Source: an uncultured Coriobacteriaceae bacterium (GTDB lineage Bacteria; Actinomycetota; Coriobacteriia; Coriobacteriales; CADBOM01). From it: a stretch of 64,000 nucleotides of DNA. Under the pieces are notes generated by a model. That model worked only from the letters and a program-made list of their open reading frames with translations, did not search any database and was not told the DNA's origin. The stretch is from assembly GCA_902796325.1 (NCBI GenBank), contig CADBOM010000150.1, positions 2,850 to 66,849 on the forward strand, in the 5' to 3' direction. Below are positions 45,391 through 54,956 of this stretch, piece after piece. The position numbers and the translations under genes are program-made. How positions within the stretch are numbered: position 1 is the first letter of the stretch; each line of letters starts with the position of its first letter.

Positions 45391-46426
45391 CATGTTTATC
45401 GTGCATGTTCGAAGTTCAAATGTCCGGTAGCCTTGAGCCAAATCCCCCAACACGGAGGCTCCAGATATTATCGAATTCAAGAGGTTGCCTAAATCCGGGC
45501 ATGTTCTTGAATTCCCATGCACATCATTGCAGCAGGTCTTCTGACTCGCGCATCGGGTTTTCGCCTTTCCGAAAACCCAGCTACACCCTTGCCTTCCCAG
45601 AAACTTGGACCAGACTGGCTAAGCTAGTCCAGTTAATCCAAAGTTCCAGTGACTCCCTATTCGAGATGGATGCAGCCATTACGCCTACAGCGACGGATAC
45701 CGTTTGGGCATTTGACCCAATTCCCTAACCAAGCCCTAAGCCAGCTTGGCTCCTCTTTGCAAGACCGGTACAAGCAACCCAGATCGTCTTCGAACATCGC
45801 TGTCTTCGATAATCGGCAGCTCACCTTGTCATGCGAGGCACTCTGCAACGTTTATTTATTCAATTGTGAGTATTTACATACTTAGGATTAGTATAGACGT
45901 GACAGCTAGCCAATTCGACCATTTAAAGTTATCGGAATTTAAAATCTTTCAATGGAAAAGTTAACTGGAGCAATATTTTGTATCCCAACGACGAGGCTAT
46001 CAACGATAGGCTATAGCTCATCACAGCCGCAGCAGCTCCCTGTTATGCGGGATTGTGGAGAGCCAGTACTTAGAATGCCAGCGCAGTAAGTTGTTGGTCC
46101 TCGCAAGAGCAGCGAACCGTAGTCGCACTTTAGTGGCTGCAGGCAATGGAACCTCAGGCAATATGCACGCAAATTGGGCGCACCCTCCCAAGACGAAGGA
46201 CGCGCCCCATCAGAACATGAAAATGCCCCAAGCCCAATTTTCAACTGGGTTTGAGGCATCTATACATTGGTGCATATTAGCAGTGGCAGCCGTCCGCGCA
46301 TCTGGTCACATGCAGTGCCTAGCGCTTACCTCGGCGGAGTTTCTCGCGCGAAGGTAGCAAGCGCATTCGACTTGATTATGCGCATCCGGCTCGTGCAGGT
46401 GCTTGCAACCTGGCCAAGAGCTTGCG

Positions 46427-47215
46427 CTACTTGGTCACGATAACCTGTCCGATAACTGCGTCGTTCTCAACAGTGGACACGTGGTAGTCCATCGGCTGAT
46501 ATCCGTCGGCCTCGATCTTCACGTCGAATTCGCCCTCTGCGGCATCCTTGAACATGAAGTCGCCGAAGTCGTCGGTGTCGATAACGGCAACCTCGTTGCC
46601 CTCGGCATCGGTGATGGTTACCTTAGCGCCGATGATAACCTCGTTGATCTCGCGGTCTGCAACGGTACCACAGATGCGGCGACCCGGCAGATTCTTGTAA
46701 TACAGGTGAGATCCCGGCTCTGCAGGAACAGCGCCCTCAAGGTCGAGCTCGCTCTCCTCGCCAAACTGAAGCGCTCCGGTTGGGCACCAGTCCACGCAAC
46801 GGGGAACATCCCATCCGTCATCGAGCAGGTGGGCGCATCCGGTGCACTTCTGTGCAACTTGCTCGGCATCGTTCCAGAACACCTTGTCGCAAACTCCGCG
46901 GAGCTGCTCCTGGCCCTTTGCCTTCACCGGGTCGATGATGATGATTCCGTCGTCGCGGCGGTAAACAGCGCCGTCCTCGGCAAGCTCGAGAAGCTTGCAG
47001 TCGTCGCAGTTGCCACATGCCTCGAACTTGTAGTTAACGTGCACGAACGGAGTCTTGCCCATCTCGCGCTCGGTAATCTTGCCCCAGAACTGGCCGGTCA
47101 TAGGCTGAGCTGCGGTGTAGCCTTCCCAAGCCTGCTCGCAATGCTCGTCCTTGCACGCAATCTGGCAACCGTAGCAGCCGTTGCAGATGGACGCATCAAA
47201 AAGAAATGCCTTCAT
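46427..47215 (-). CDS. Molybdoenzyme Fe-S (beta) subunit with C-terminal transthyretin/CarboxypepD_reg-like domain
   Basis: 262 aa. CNGCYGCQIACKDEHC, CGNCDDC, CTGCAHL...CVDWCPTGA. C-terminal beta-sandwich GTVADREINEVIIGAKVTITDAEGNEV. Confidence 0.8.
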   Translation of the reverse strand: MKAFLFDASICNGCYGCQIACKDEHCEQAWEGYTAAQPMTGQFWGKITEREMGKTPFVHVNYKFEACGNCDDCKLLELAEDGAVYRRDDGIIIIDPVKAKGQEQLRGVCDKVFWNDAEQVAQKCTGCAHLLDDGWDVPRCVDWCPTGALQFGEESELDLEGAVPAEPGSHLYYKNLPGRRICGTVADREINEVIIGAKVTITDAEGNEVAVIDTDDFGDFMFKDAAEGEFDVKIEADGYQPMDYHVSTVENDAVIGQVIVTK

Positions 47216-47225
47216 GTTTTAGCCC

Positions 47226-49850
47226 TTACTCCTCTACGATAACGTCCTCGACGCACATGCCGCATTCAGACGTGTAGTGATCCCTGTGGAAGTCGACCTC
47301 TGCGCCGTACTCCTCCTCGAGTGCCTTGATGTCTACCTTCTTCATACCAACCAGGTATCCGGAGGTAACCTCGCCAGCCGCATTCTTGGAAGTGATGGCC
47401 GATGGAGCGATCAGGTTGTTTGCACCGCCGCGGTCGATTCCGCCAACGCCCATCTTGATTGGGTCGACGTGCGTGCCGTGGTCCTGGCTCACAACACCGG
47501 GCATGATGCGCTCGGTAATCCTAGCTCCGCCGAGAACGGTACCACGCTCGTTGAACAGGCCCACGATGTCGCCGTCCTTTATGCCTTCCCTCTCAGCATC
47601 GATCGGGTTGATCCAAACGGGCTCGTATGCATAACCGTCCTCGCCGATAACCTTGCAGGTATCGATCTCGCGGAACCATGGATTGTCGTCCATGTTGGCG
47701 TGGACCCTCCACTTGGGGTGGTTGGAGACGATGAGGTACGGGAACTTCTTGGCACGCTCGCTGTTGAGACGGTCGTCGTGTCCTGCACCCTTCTCAACCC
47801 AGTGGGCGGTTGGCTGGCGCTCCCTATCGTCTGGCCAGGTGGTTGCAATCGGCACCGAGTAGTACTCGAGCTTTCCGGTTGGGGTATCGAGAGGATACTT
47901 CACCGGGTCCTTGTAGAAGTTGTACATACCGGCGGGCAGCTTCTCGTAGGAGCGGTAGGTTGGAACAAGCTCGAATCCGTACTTCTCGAAGTTGTCCCAG
48001 TCGTACTGCTCGTCGGTAAGGCCGCAACCCTCGTATCCGCGCTTGACCTGAGCCTCCATCGACATATCCTTGCCGTCGGTGTAGCGCTCGTACAGGTTCT
48101 CGTAAACACCGCCGAACTTCTCGAGGTGCTTGCAGATCTCGCAAACGATTTCCCAATCCGACTTGGAGTCGGTGGAAGCCTCGACAGCCTGCTTCTCGTA
48201 CACGATAACTGGGAACTGTCCATTCATCGGGTCGGTATTGAAATCGGTGAGCTCGAGCTTGGTGCAAGCCGGCAGCAGGATGTCTGCGAACAGGCAGTCG
48301 TTCTCGAACCATGGATGCTGAATGAGCACGAACTCCATGGACGGCAGGCGCAGGGCATCTTCCAGCTCGTTTCCGCCGTTCCAGCAGGTGGTCCAGCAAG
48401 GAGAGTCGCTCCACACCATGTGGATCTGGTAATCCTCGCCAGGAGCCGGATACTCGTACGGATCGAACTGGTCGATCCTGGGCTTGGTGCAGGTAACCTG
48501 GCCGTACCAATGCAGATGCTCGCCACGGATAGCGGCAGGAATCATAGTCTTGGGGATGAAGCTAGGCGGCAGCTCGCCCAAAATGTTTCCGTTGTAGCAT
48601 GCGTTTGCAAGCGGCATGTACGAACCAATGGGGAGCGGGCAGCAGCTGAGCTTTCCGAAGATCGACCACTCCAGGAACTTGAACTGGTTGCGTCCAGGAT
48701 GTCCGACGGCCTGCATTCCCAGCAGGTAGACCTCCAGTCGAGCGGGCTCATGCGAGAATGCCGCACGAATATAAGAACCGCCGTTGCAATGCGCGATGGA
48801 GGTGTTGTGGGTTGCCCAATGGCGAGCGAATGCCTTGATGGTGTATGCGGGAATTCCGGTCCACTTCTCGGCCCACTCCGGGGTCTTCACGATGCCATCG
48901 TCCTTGCCCATGACGTGATAGACGAACCAATCGAATCCGTCGGCATGGGTTGCAATGTATTCCTTGTCGTAAAGATCCTCGGTAATCCAAACGTATGCGA
49001 TTGCAAGCTGCAGAGCAGAGTCGGTGTTGGGGAGAACCGGAATCCACTTGTCGGCATGAACGACAGCCGCGTAATTGCAGTCTGGAGCAACAGCGATCTG
49101 CTTGATGCCGCACTCGGAGAGCTTGAACGAGATGAGGGAGGGCATGCATCCGCCCCATCCCCAAGGCGTGGTCTCGAAGTCGCATCCCCAAAGCAGAAGG
49201 GTGTCGCCGTTCTGCATGATGTCCTCGATGATGTTGAACTGCTGCACGTTCTGTCCCACAGGATCGTGGCCCCAAACGTGCTTGGCACCCCAGTACCAGC
49301 CCTCCCAGGAGTCTGGCTGGCGAGCCTGAAGGGTGTAACCGCCGGTAAGATCCAGCATCTTGCACATGCATCCGTGCGGGCCGTGAATCGCCTTGGTCTC
49401 GCCATGGCCATCGGCCTGCACCAGCATGGACATCCTGCCGTACTTCTCGGTGATGCGGTTGATTTCGGAAGCCACTATATCGAGAGCGTCGTCCCACGAA
49501 ATGCGGCGGTACTTGCTCTTGCCGCGGTTCTCAGGATGACGCTCTCCGTTGGGATCGAAGTCCTCGCGAATCAGAGGATAAGGAATCCTGTTCTTGGAAT
49601 ACGTGGTTGTCTTTGCGGAGAACGCGAACGGTGGAATCAGCGACTTCATACCCGGCTCGAGAGTGTGGCCCCTACCGTCGGAAATCGTCCAGTAGTTCAG
49701 ATCCTCCTTGTTCTTGTACCTCTTGTCGTAATGCGCCGGGCGCACACGAACAACCCTGCCGTCCTTCACATCGAATGCGGCGATGTTGGCGCCATGGCCA
49801 AAGCAGCACATTCCCGTGTTCTGGACAACAGTCTTGTCAGCAGTCTTCAT
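47226..49850 (-). CDS. Bis-MGD molybdopterin oxidoreductase, pyrogallol hydroxytransferase (transhydroxylase) large-subunit-like, cytoplasmic
   Basis: 874 aa with no twin-arginine signal. RIPYPLIREDFDPNGERHPENRG, RISWDDALDIVASEINRI and DSWEGWYWGAKHVWG closely resemble my recollection of the Pelobacter acidigallici enzyme (about 875 aa). Confidence 0.7.
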   Translation of the reverse strand: MKTADKTVVQNTGMCCFGHGANIAAFDVKDGRVVRVRPAHYDKRYKNKEDLNYWTISDGRGHTLEPGMKSLIPPFAFSAKTTTYSKNRIPYPLIREDFDPNGERHPENRGKSKYRRISWDDALDIVASEINRITEKYGRMSMLVQADGHGETKAIHGPHGCMCKMLDLTGGYTLQARQPDSWEGWYWGAKHVWGHDPVGQNVQQFNIIEDIMQNGDTLLLWGCDFETTPWGWGGCMPSLISFKLSECGIKQIAVAPDCNYAAVVHADKWIPVLPNTDSALQLAIAYVWITEDLYDKEYIATHADGFDWFVYHVMGKDDGIVKTPEWAEKWTGIPAYTIKAFARHWATHNTSIAHCNGGSYIRAAFSHEPARLEVYLLGMQAVGHPGRNQFKFLEWSIFGKLSCCPLPIGSYMPLANACYNGNILGELPPSFIPKTMIPAAIRGEHLHWYGQVTCTKPRIDQFDPYEYPAPGEDYQIHMVWSDSPCWTTCWNGGNELEDALRLPSMEFVLIQHPWFENDCLFADILLPACTKLELTDFNTDPMNGQFPVIVYEKQAVEASTDSKSDWEIVCEICKHLEKFGGVYENLYERYTDGKDMSMEAQVKRGYEGCGLTDEQYDWDNFEKYGFELVPTYRSYEKLPAGMYNFYKDPVKYPLDTPTGKLEYYSVPIATTWPDDRERQPTAHWVEKGAGHDDRLNSERAKKFPYLIVSNHPKWRVHANMDDNPWFREIDTCKVIGEDGYAYEPVWINPIDAEREGIKDGDIVGLFNERGTVLGGARITERIMPGVVSQDHGTHVDPIKMGVGGIDRGGANNLIAPSAITSKNAAGEVTSGYLVGMKKVDIKALEEEYGAEVDFHRDHYTSECGMCVEDVIVEE

Positions 49851-50055
49851 GCCTACAAGCCCCTTTCCTCTAATGCCCCTCTAAAATATAGCTAGCAACA
49901 TCATTAGGAATAATCAATGCATACCGTTTTAATGATACAGCAACGCTTTGGTTGCATCATGCAATAACCCGTTTCACGGGGGTAATTAGTGTCCCATGCT
50001 TAAATTTTGCAGAGATATGCAGCAGTGATGCTGGGAGTAGCGCATTTCAAAACCA

Positions 50056-52065
50056 CTAGCTGCCAACCACAGCGTTTCTAACCATGATGTAGAAGTCTCT
50101 CTTCACGCTCATCTTCACATGCGTGCCATCGGGCTCCATCCAGTCGTCGTGGCCCTGGCTAAACGTGTACCAGTCTATGATATGGGCGTTTGGATATTGA
50201 GCCACCACCTGCGGGTAAAGTGAATTATTCATGTCCTGCAGAGCTGCCGGAATTCTCTGGTTGATGATGTAAACCGGCCTTCCACCCACGCAGTCGAATA
50301 GGTCCTTCACCTGCTGTTCCGTGGCAACTCCGTTGGTTCCAAGAGCGAATACCACTATCTCGGGATCGTATCCAGACGCAATCACGGACTCATAGACCTC
50401 GGGGCCCTTGCTAAGCTGACGGCCCACCTTTCCATCCAAATACCCATTGGGGAATATGGAGTAGAAGGCGTCGTCCGACTGGGCCACCATGGAGTCGCCT
50501 ATCACTAGAACCTTGGCATCGGTAGCGCCCGTAACGGGATCGACGGTGAAGAAGCTCTCCCCGTTCAATGCCCTGTTGAGGTTTCGGAACAGCCTCTCCC
50601 TCACCGGATGCGATTTTGCATCGAACCCAGGCATGAAGTCTCCAACCACCCTGCTGGCTAGCACGTTCTGCGCTTCGTATTCCTGCTGCGCCGCTTGCTG
50701 CGCATAAACCCAAACCGGGCCGATAGCCAGAAGCACTATGCCCGCAACCGCAAACACCGAGAAGGCAATGGAGGTTACACGCTTGCGGCCCTCTAGCACA
50801 AGGTTGCGGCTCCTAACGGCTGCGAAGAACTCGCCTATCTGGCCATGAGCGGTTTTCTCCTCGATAAAGCGATAGGAAAGTTCCGAAACGCCAACGATGA
50901 TTGCGAATTCCAAGACCCATCCCCACCAGGGAAGTGCGGTGGTGCGGGTTGCCGGGTTCATGATGAGAAGCAGCGGGTAATGCCACAGGTAAACCGCGTA
51001 CGACCTTGCGCCGCCCACCTGGAACGCCTTAAGGCCCAAGAAGCGCGATAGCAGCCCCTCGTTGGCAACCAGGGAGAATATGAGGGCGGCTGTGATGGCC
51101 GCGGCAAAGAGCAGCATTCCGCGGAACAGCGTGCTGGAATATCCGTTGAGGTTGAAGCACATGGCCACGAGCCCGGCTATGCAGGCAATGCCCAGCGCAT
51201 CTGTGGCAATGTGCTTGGAAATCGGAAGCTCGCGCCCAAGCACCAAAACCCCGCCGTCGCCTATGCGTCTCGGACGACCGCTGTTGAGCGGGCACACGAA
51301 TGCCAGCCATGCACCCACCATGATTTCGGCGAACCTGGTGTCGGTTCCGTAGTACACACGGCTTGGATCGGCATTAGGGTCGAACAGCACGACGGACAGG
51401 ACAAACGACGCAAGCCCGATCACGAACACGGCGCGACGTACGGCCTTCTTTCTGTGGAGAACATTGCGAAGCCCCCACATGATCAATGGCCACACAAGGT
51501 AGAATTGCCCGATCACGGCCAAGTACCAGAAGTGAGTGAGCGGAGAAGGCTGGCCGGCCGCCTCGAAGTACGAGAGCTGCCGGAATATGTACCACCAGTT
51601 GTTGAAGAACAGCGCCGCAGGAACAGCATCTGGACGCATCTTGTCGAGGAGAACGGGCGCGAATATCGCACTCAGGATAGCCACCGCCAAGATGACCATG
51701 ACCATGCTGGGCCAGAGTCTGCGGAGCCTATGTTCGTAGAAACGCTTGAGGTCTATGCCACCAGAGCCATAGGCAAGCTCGCGGATGATGCTGTCGGTGA
51801 TGAGGTATCCGGAGATAACGAAGAATATCGTCACGCCCACGAACCCTCCCGGGAACATGGTTACGTTGGCGTGATAGAGCACAACGGCGAGGATTGCCAG
51901 AACCCTCACTCCGTCCAGTGCGGCAACGCGTCTTCTCTCCGGCGCGCGCACGGCACTTGCCCTAGCGTGAGCGCCACCCCCTGTAGACCTGCGATCCACA
52001 TACCCGGCTTGCAAAGTTATTCCCCCAAAATATGCAATCAAAAAAGATGCAGTAGAGCCAGGCAT
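50056..52065 (-). CDS. Acyltransferase-3 (OafA/YrhL type) membrane protein with C-terminal SGNH domain
   Basis: 669 aa. LDGVRVLAILAVVLYH, about 10 TM segments, C-terminal VLVIGDSM (GDS motif). Confidence 0.85.
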   Translation of the reverse strand: MPGSTASFLIAYFGGITLQAGYVDRRSTGGGAHARASAVRAPERRRVAALDGVRVLAILAVVLYHANVTMFPGGFVGVTIFFVISGYLITDSIIRELAYGSGGIDLKRFYEHRLRRLWPSMVMVILAVAILSAIFAPVLLDKMRPDAVPAALFFNNWWYIFRQLSYFEAAGQPSPLTHFWYLAVIGQFYLVWPLIMWGLRNVLHRKKAVRRAVFVIGLASFVLSVVLFDPNADPSRVYYGTDTRFAEIMVGAWLAFVCPLNSGRPRRIGDGGVLVLGRELPISKHIATDALGIACIAGLVAMCFNLNGYSSTLFRGMLLFAAAITAALIFSLVANEGLLSRFLGLKAFQVGGARSYAVYLWHYPLLLIMNPATRTTALPWWGWVLEFAIIVGVSELSYRFIEEKTAHGQIGEFFAAVRSRNLVLEGRKRVTSIAFSVFAVAGIVLLAIGPVWVYAQQAAQQEYEAQNVLASRVVGDFMPGFDAKSHPVRERLFRNLNRALNGESFFTVDPVTGATDAKVLVIGDSMVAQSDDAFYSIFPNGYLDGKVGRQLSKGPEVYESVIASGYDPEIVVFALGTNGVATEQQVKDLFDCVGGRPVYIINQRIPAALQDMNNSLYPQVVAQYPNAHIIDWYTFSQGHDDWMEPDGTHVKMSVKRDFYIMVRNAVVGS

Positions 52066-52174
52066 TCGCCCGGCTCTACGTTTATATAAAAATCCCCAAC
52101 AAGTATTTATCAGAATCGTTGCGACAAATCAGATGGTTTTGCCTAGTTTTTTGTCAGTTGCGCAAATTGCCGTG

Positions 52175-53287
52175 CTACTGAATTACGAACAGCGCTCCCT
52201 GGAATCCGAAGAATAGGACAAGAACGATTCCAACGATGATCCTGTACCATCCAAACGCTGTGAAGTCGTTTTTCTTGATGTAGTTCATCAAGAACTTGAT
52301 CGACAGCACCGACACTATGAATGCCGATACAACGCCCACAACCAGAACCACGATTTCGGTTTGCGACATCACGAGTCCACTCATGATAAATTTGGCAAGC
52401 CTCACGACTCCCCATCCAAGCATCACCGGGATAGCCAGGAAAAACGTGAATTCGGCCGATGCGGAACGCGACGCCCCCGAAAGCATTCCTCCGATGATGG
52501 TTGCACCGGAGCGGCTGGTTCCAGGGATGATTGCCAGCACCTGGAAAAGCCCGATCTTGAGGGCCGTCTTGACGTCTATCTCGTTTACGTCGTTGATCCT
52601 GAAGATGCTGCTCTGCTGGTTAAACGGATCGGATTCTTGCACGGCAACCTGCTGGCCCTGCCTCTCGGCCTGAGCCTGAACGTACTCTTCGCTATCTGCC
52701 GCGGTAACTGCACGCATTGCAGCCGTGCTATCTGGAGAAGCGGCCATCCCCGTCTTCGGGTCCCTGATGTGCCTCGCACGCGGAACGGGCTTGTTGTTCT
52801 TGGCCCTGTAGATAGCCGATTGAACATCCTTTTGCCTGAGTTTCTCCAGGTGGTCGTTGAAAACAGCCTGTTTCTTGCGGTTATGGCGCTCCATGGCTAT
52901 GAACACGATTCCGTAAACCACCAGCATGACGGCAACCGTGATTGCGTTGTAGAAATGGTCGTGCACCCAGTCGTCTGCCAGAAGGCCCACGATTGCAGCG
53001 GGAATGCAGCCGATAACCACCATGCCCCAAAGTCTCCAAGTATCCTTGCGGCCCTGTGGAGTCTTCTTCCGCGAGAACGGATTGAGCTTGTGGAAATAGA
53101 GGATGATGACCGCCATGATGGCGCCGATCTGGATAACCACGAGGAACAGGTTCATGAACTCCACGGATACGTCGAGATTCACGAGTTCCTCTGCAATGAT
53201 CAGATGTCCCGTGGACGAGATTGGCAGCCACTCGGTGATGCCTTCCACGATACCCAGAATTAGAGCCTTCAAGGCTACGATTACCAT
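52175..53287 (-). CDS. uppP: Undecaprenyl-diphosphate phosphatase with an about 90-100 aa loop insertion
   Basis: EGITEWLPISSTGH and PGTSRSGATI motifs. ATG at 53287 lies 5 nt after GAAGGGA. Confidence 0.88.
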   Translation of the reverse strand: MVIVALKALILGIVEGITEWLPISSTGHLIIAEELVNLDVSVEFMNLFLVVIQIGAIMAVIILYFHKLNPFSRKKTPQGRKDTWRLWGMVVIGCIPAAIVGLLADDWVHDHFYNAITVAVMLVVYGIVFIAMERHNRKKQAVFNDHLEKLRQKDVQSAIYRAKNNKPVPRARHIRDPKTGMAASPDSTAAMRAVTAADSEEYVQAQAERQGQQVAVQESDPFNQQSSIFRINDVNEIDVKTALKIGLFQVLAIIPGTSRSGATIIGGMLSGASRSASAEFTFFLAIPVMLGWGVVRLAKFIMSGLVMSQTEIVVLVVGVVSAFIVSVLSIKFLMNYIKKNDFTAFGWYRIIVGIVLVLFFGFQGALFVIQ

Positions 53288-53913
53288 CGGAATCCCTTCG
53301 ATTTCAAAGCTTCCAAATAACTTCCGCACCGGTGCTCGCGAGAACTAAAGCACCGTGCTTTTGCTGCAGCGAACCGTGCTCTTGCCATAGCGCACCGAGC
53401 TCCCGCATCAGCGACTCCATCGCGTCAACGCACCAGCGCAGAGCTTCCGGACAATAGGCACATTGCACGTTGGAGCAGTCCGCATCTGATTGCAAGCGCG
53501 ATGTAACGGCTGCATATGTTCGCGAGTACATTCATAGACGCCGTGTCGTTCGTTTGCGTTTCTATTTACGGCATCTGTGGGCTGCGAAGACGAAAGCTGC
53601 ATGCCAGTCTTACGCGCCACGTGTGCATTGTAAGCCAGCGTCCGCACCTTCAGACACTCGATTACGCAATTGCATGGGTTGTCTGGTCGGCGGGAAAACG
53701 AATCTACGAAATCTTCACCTTGGAGATGACTTGATGCGGAATGACTTGCCGATAAGAACGATCCCCCGCTTATAAAACGACTCCCCGCATCGCATGTTTT
53801 CGCAATGCAGGGAGAAAATACAGAGAGCCAATTCAGTTCGGCTGAATTTTTGCGGCTTCCGAGTGGAGCCGCTTCAGCGCGCTGTCACTTTCGCGTGTTG
53901 TCTCAACCGCAGC

Positions 53914-54921
53914 TTAGATTCCAGCACCGTCCGTGTACTCGTCGAACCAGCGGTTCTTCTCCGAATTATCGGACCTGCTGGTGCTGTTGGTGTTAACGCT
54001 CACGCGCGAGTTCTCTGGCACCGACTCTGTGACAAACGCACTTCCGCCGATAATCGAGCCAGCGCCCACCACGGTCTCGCCGCCCAAGATACTGGCGTTG
54101 GAGTAGATGGTCACGTTGTCGCCGATGGTTGGATGGCGCTTCTTGCCCGAAAGCCTCTGGCCACCCCTGGTGGAAAGCGCTCCCAGCGTAACGCCCTGGT
54201 ACACCTTCACATGGTTGCCTATCTCGGTGGTCTCGCCAATTACAACTCCGGTTGCATGGTCGATGAAGAAGTACTCGCCGATCTTTGCTCCAGCGTTGAT
54301 GTCAACGCCGGTGAGAGCGTGGCCGTACTCGGTCATGATCCTTGGAATTAGCGGGACATCCTTAACGTAGAGCTCATGAGCGATGCGGTAGATCGAAATC
54401 GCCGTGAATCCCGGATAGGAGAACACGACCTCTTCCTTGCTCTGGGCTGCAGGATCGCCATCGAACGCGGCCTGCACGTCTTTCAGCAGCATCTGTTGAA
54501 TGTAGGGAATCCTGCTGATCATGTAGTCGCACACCTCGGTGGTGTGTGGGCTCACGTTCTCGACGACGCCCTTCTTCTCGTTCTCGAACAGAAAGGCCTC
54601 GGCAAGTTGGCTGCACAGCATGTATTTGACCTCGGTCAGCAGTTGACCTGCAAAATACTCGGGGTTGCTCTCGCTTATCTTCTCCGAACCGTAGTAACGG
54701 GGGAACATCACACGGCGGATATCGTTTAGAATCTCGATAACCATCGCCTTGTTTGGAAAGTGATGGTATGGGTCTGCAGAATAAATATCGTCGGAGTCGT
54801 AGGTCTTGGTAATCTGATCTACAACGTCTCCAAGATTGAAATCTCGCATTGCTGCCTCGTTTCGTCGATGGCTTGTTTGCGCGCTCGCTAGATGTTCTCG
54901 CCAGACGCTAGCATCGGACAA
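53914..54921 (-). CDS. Serine O-acetyltransferase, long EpsC-like form (hexapeptide transferase)
   Basis: 335 aa. N-terminal helical domain with MFPRYYG. Left-handed beta-helix DHATGVVIGETTEIGNHVKVYQGVTLG. Confidence 0.75.
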   Translation of the reverse strand: MSDASVWREHLASAQTSHRRNEAAMRDFNLGDVVDQITKTYDSDDIYSADPYHHFPNKAMVIEILNDIRRVMFPRYYGSEKISESNPEYFAGQLLTEVKYMLCSQLAEAFLFENEKKGVVENVSPHTTEVCDYMISRIPYIQQMLLKDVQAAFDGDPAAQSKEEVVFSYPGFTAISIYRIAHELYVKDVPLIPRIMTEYGHALTGVDINAGAKIGEYFFIDHATGVVIGETTEIGNHVKVYQGVTLGALSTRGGQRLSGKKRHPTIGDNVTIYSNASILGGETVVGAGSIIGGSAFVTESVPENSRVSVNTNSTSRSDNSEKNRWFDEYTDGAGI

Positions 54922-54956
54922 TTTTTAAACCCTAGCTAGATGGTAGCATTAGCGGG

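Noticed and set aside
47226-49850. Tat signal or selenocysteine recoding in the molybdoenzyme.
   Set aside because: The N-terminus MKTADKTVVQNTGMCCFGHG has no RR motif or hydrophobic h-region. The ORF is uninterrupted with no in-frame TGA, so there is no evidence for either feature.
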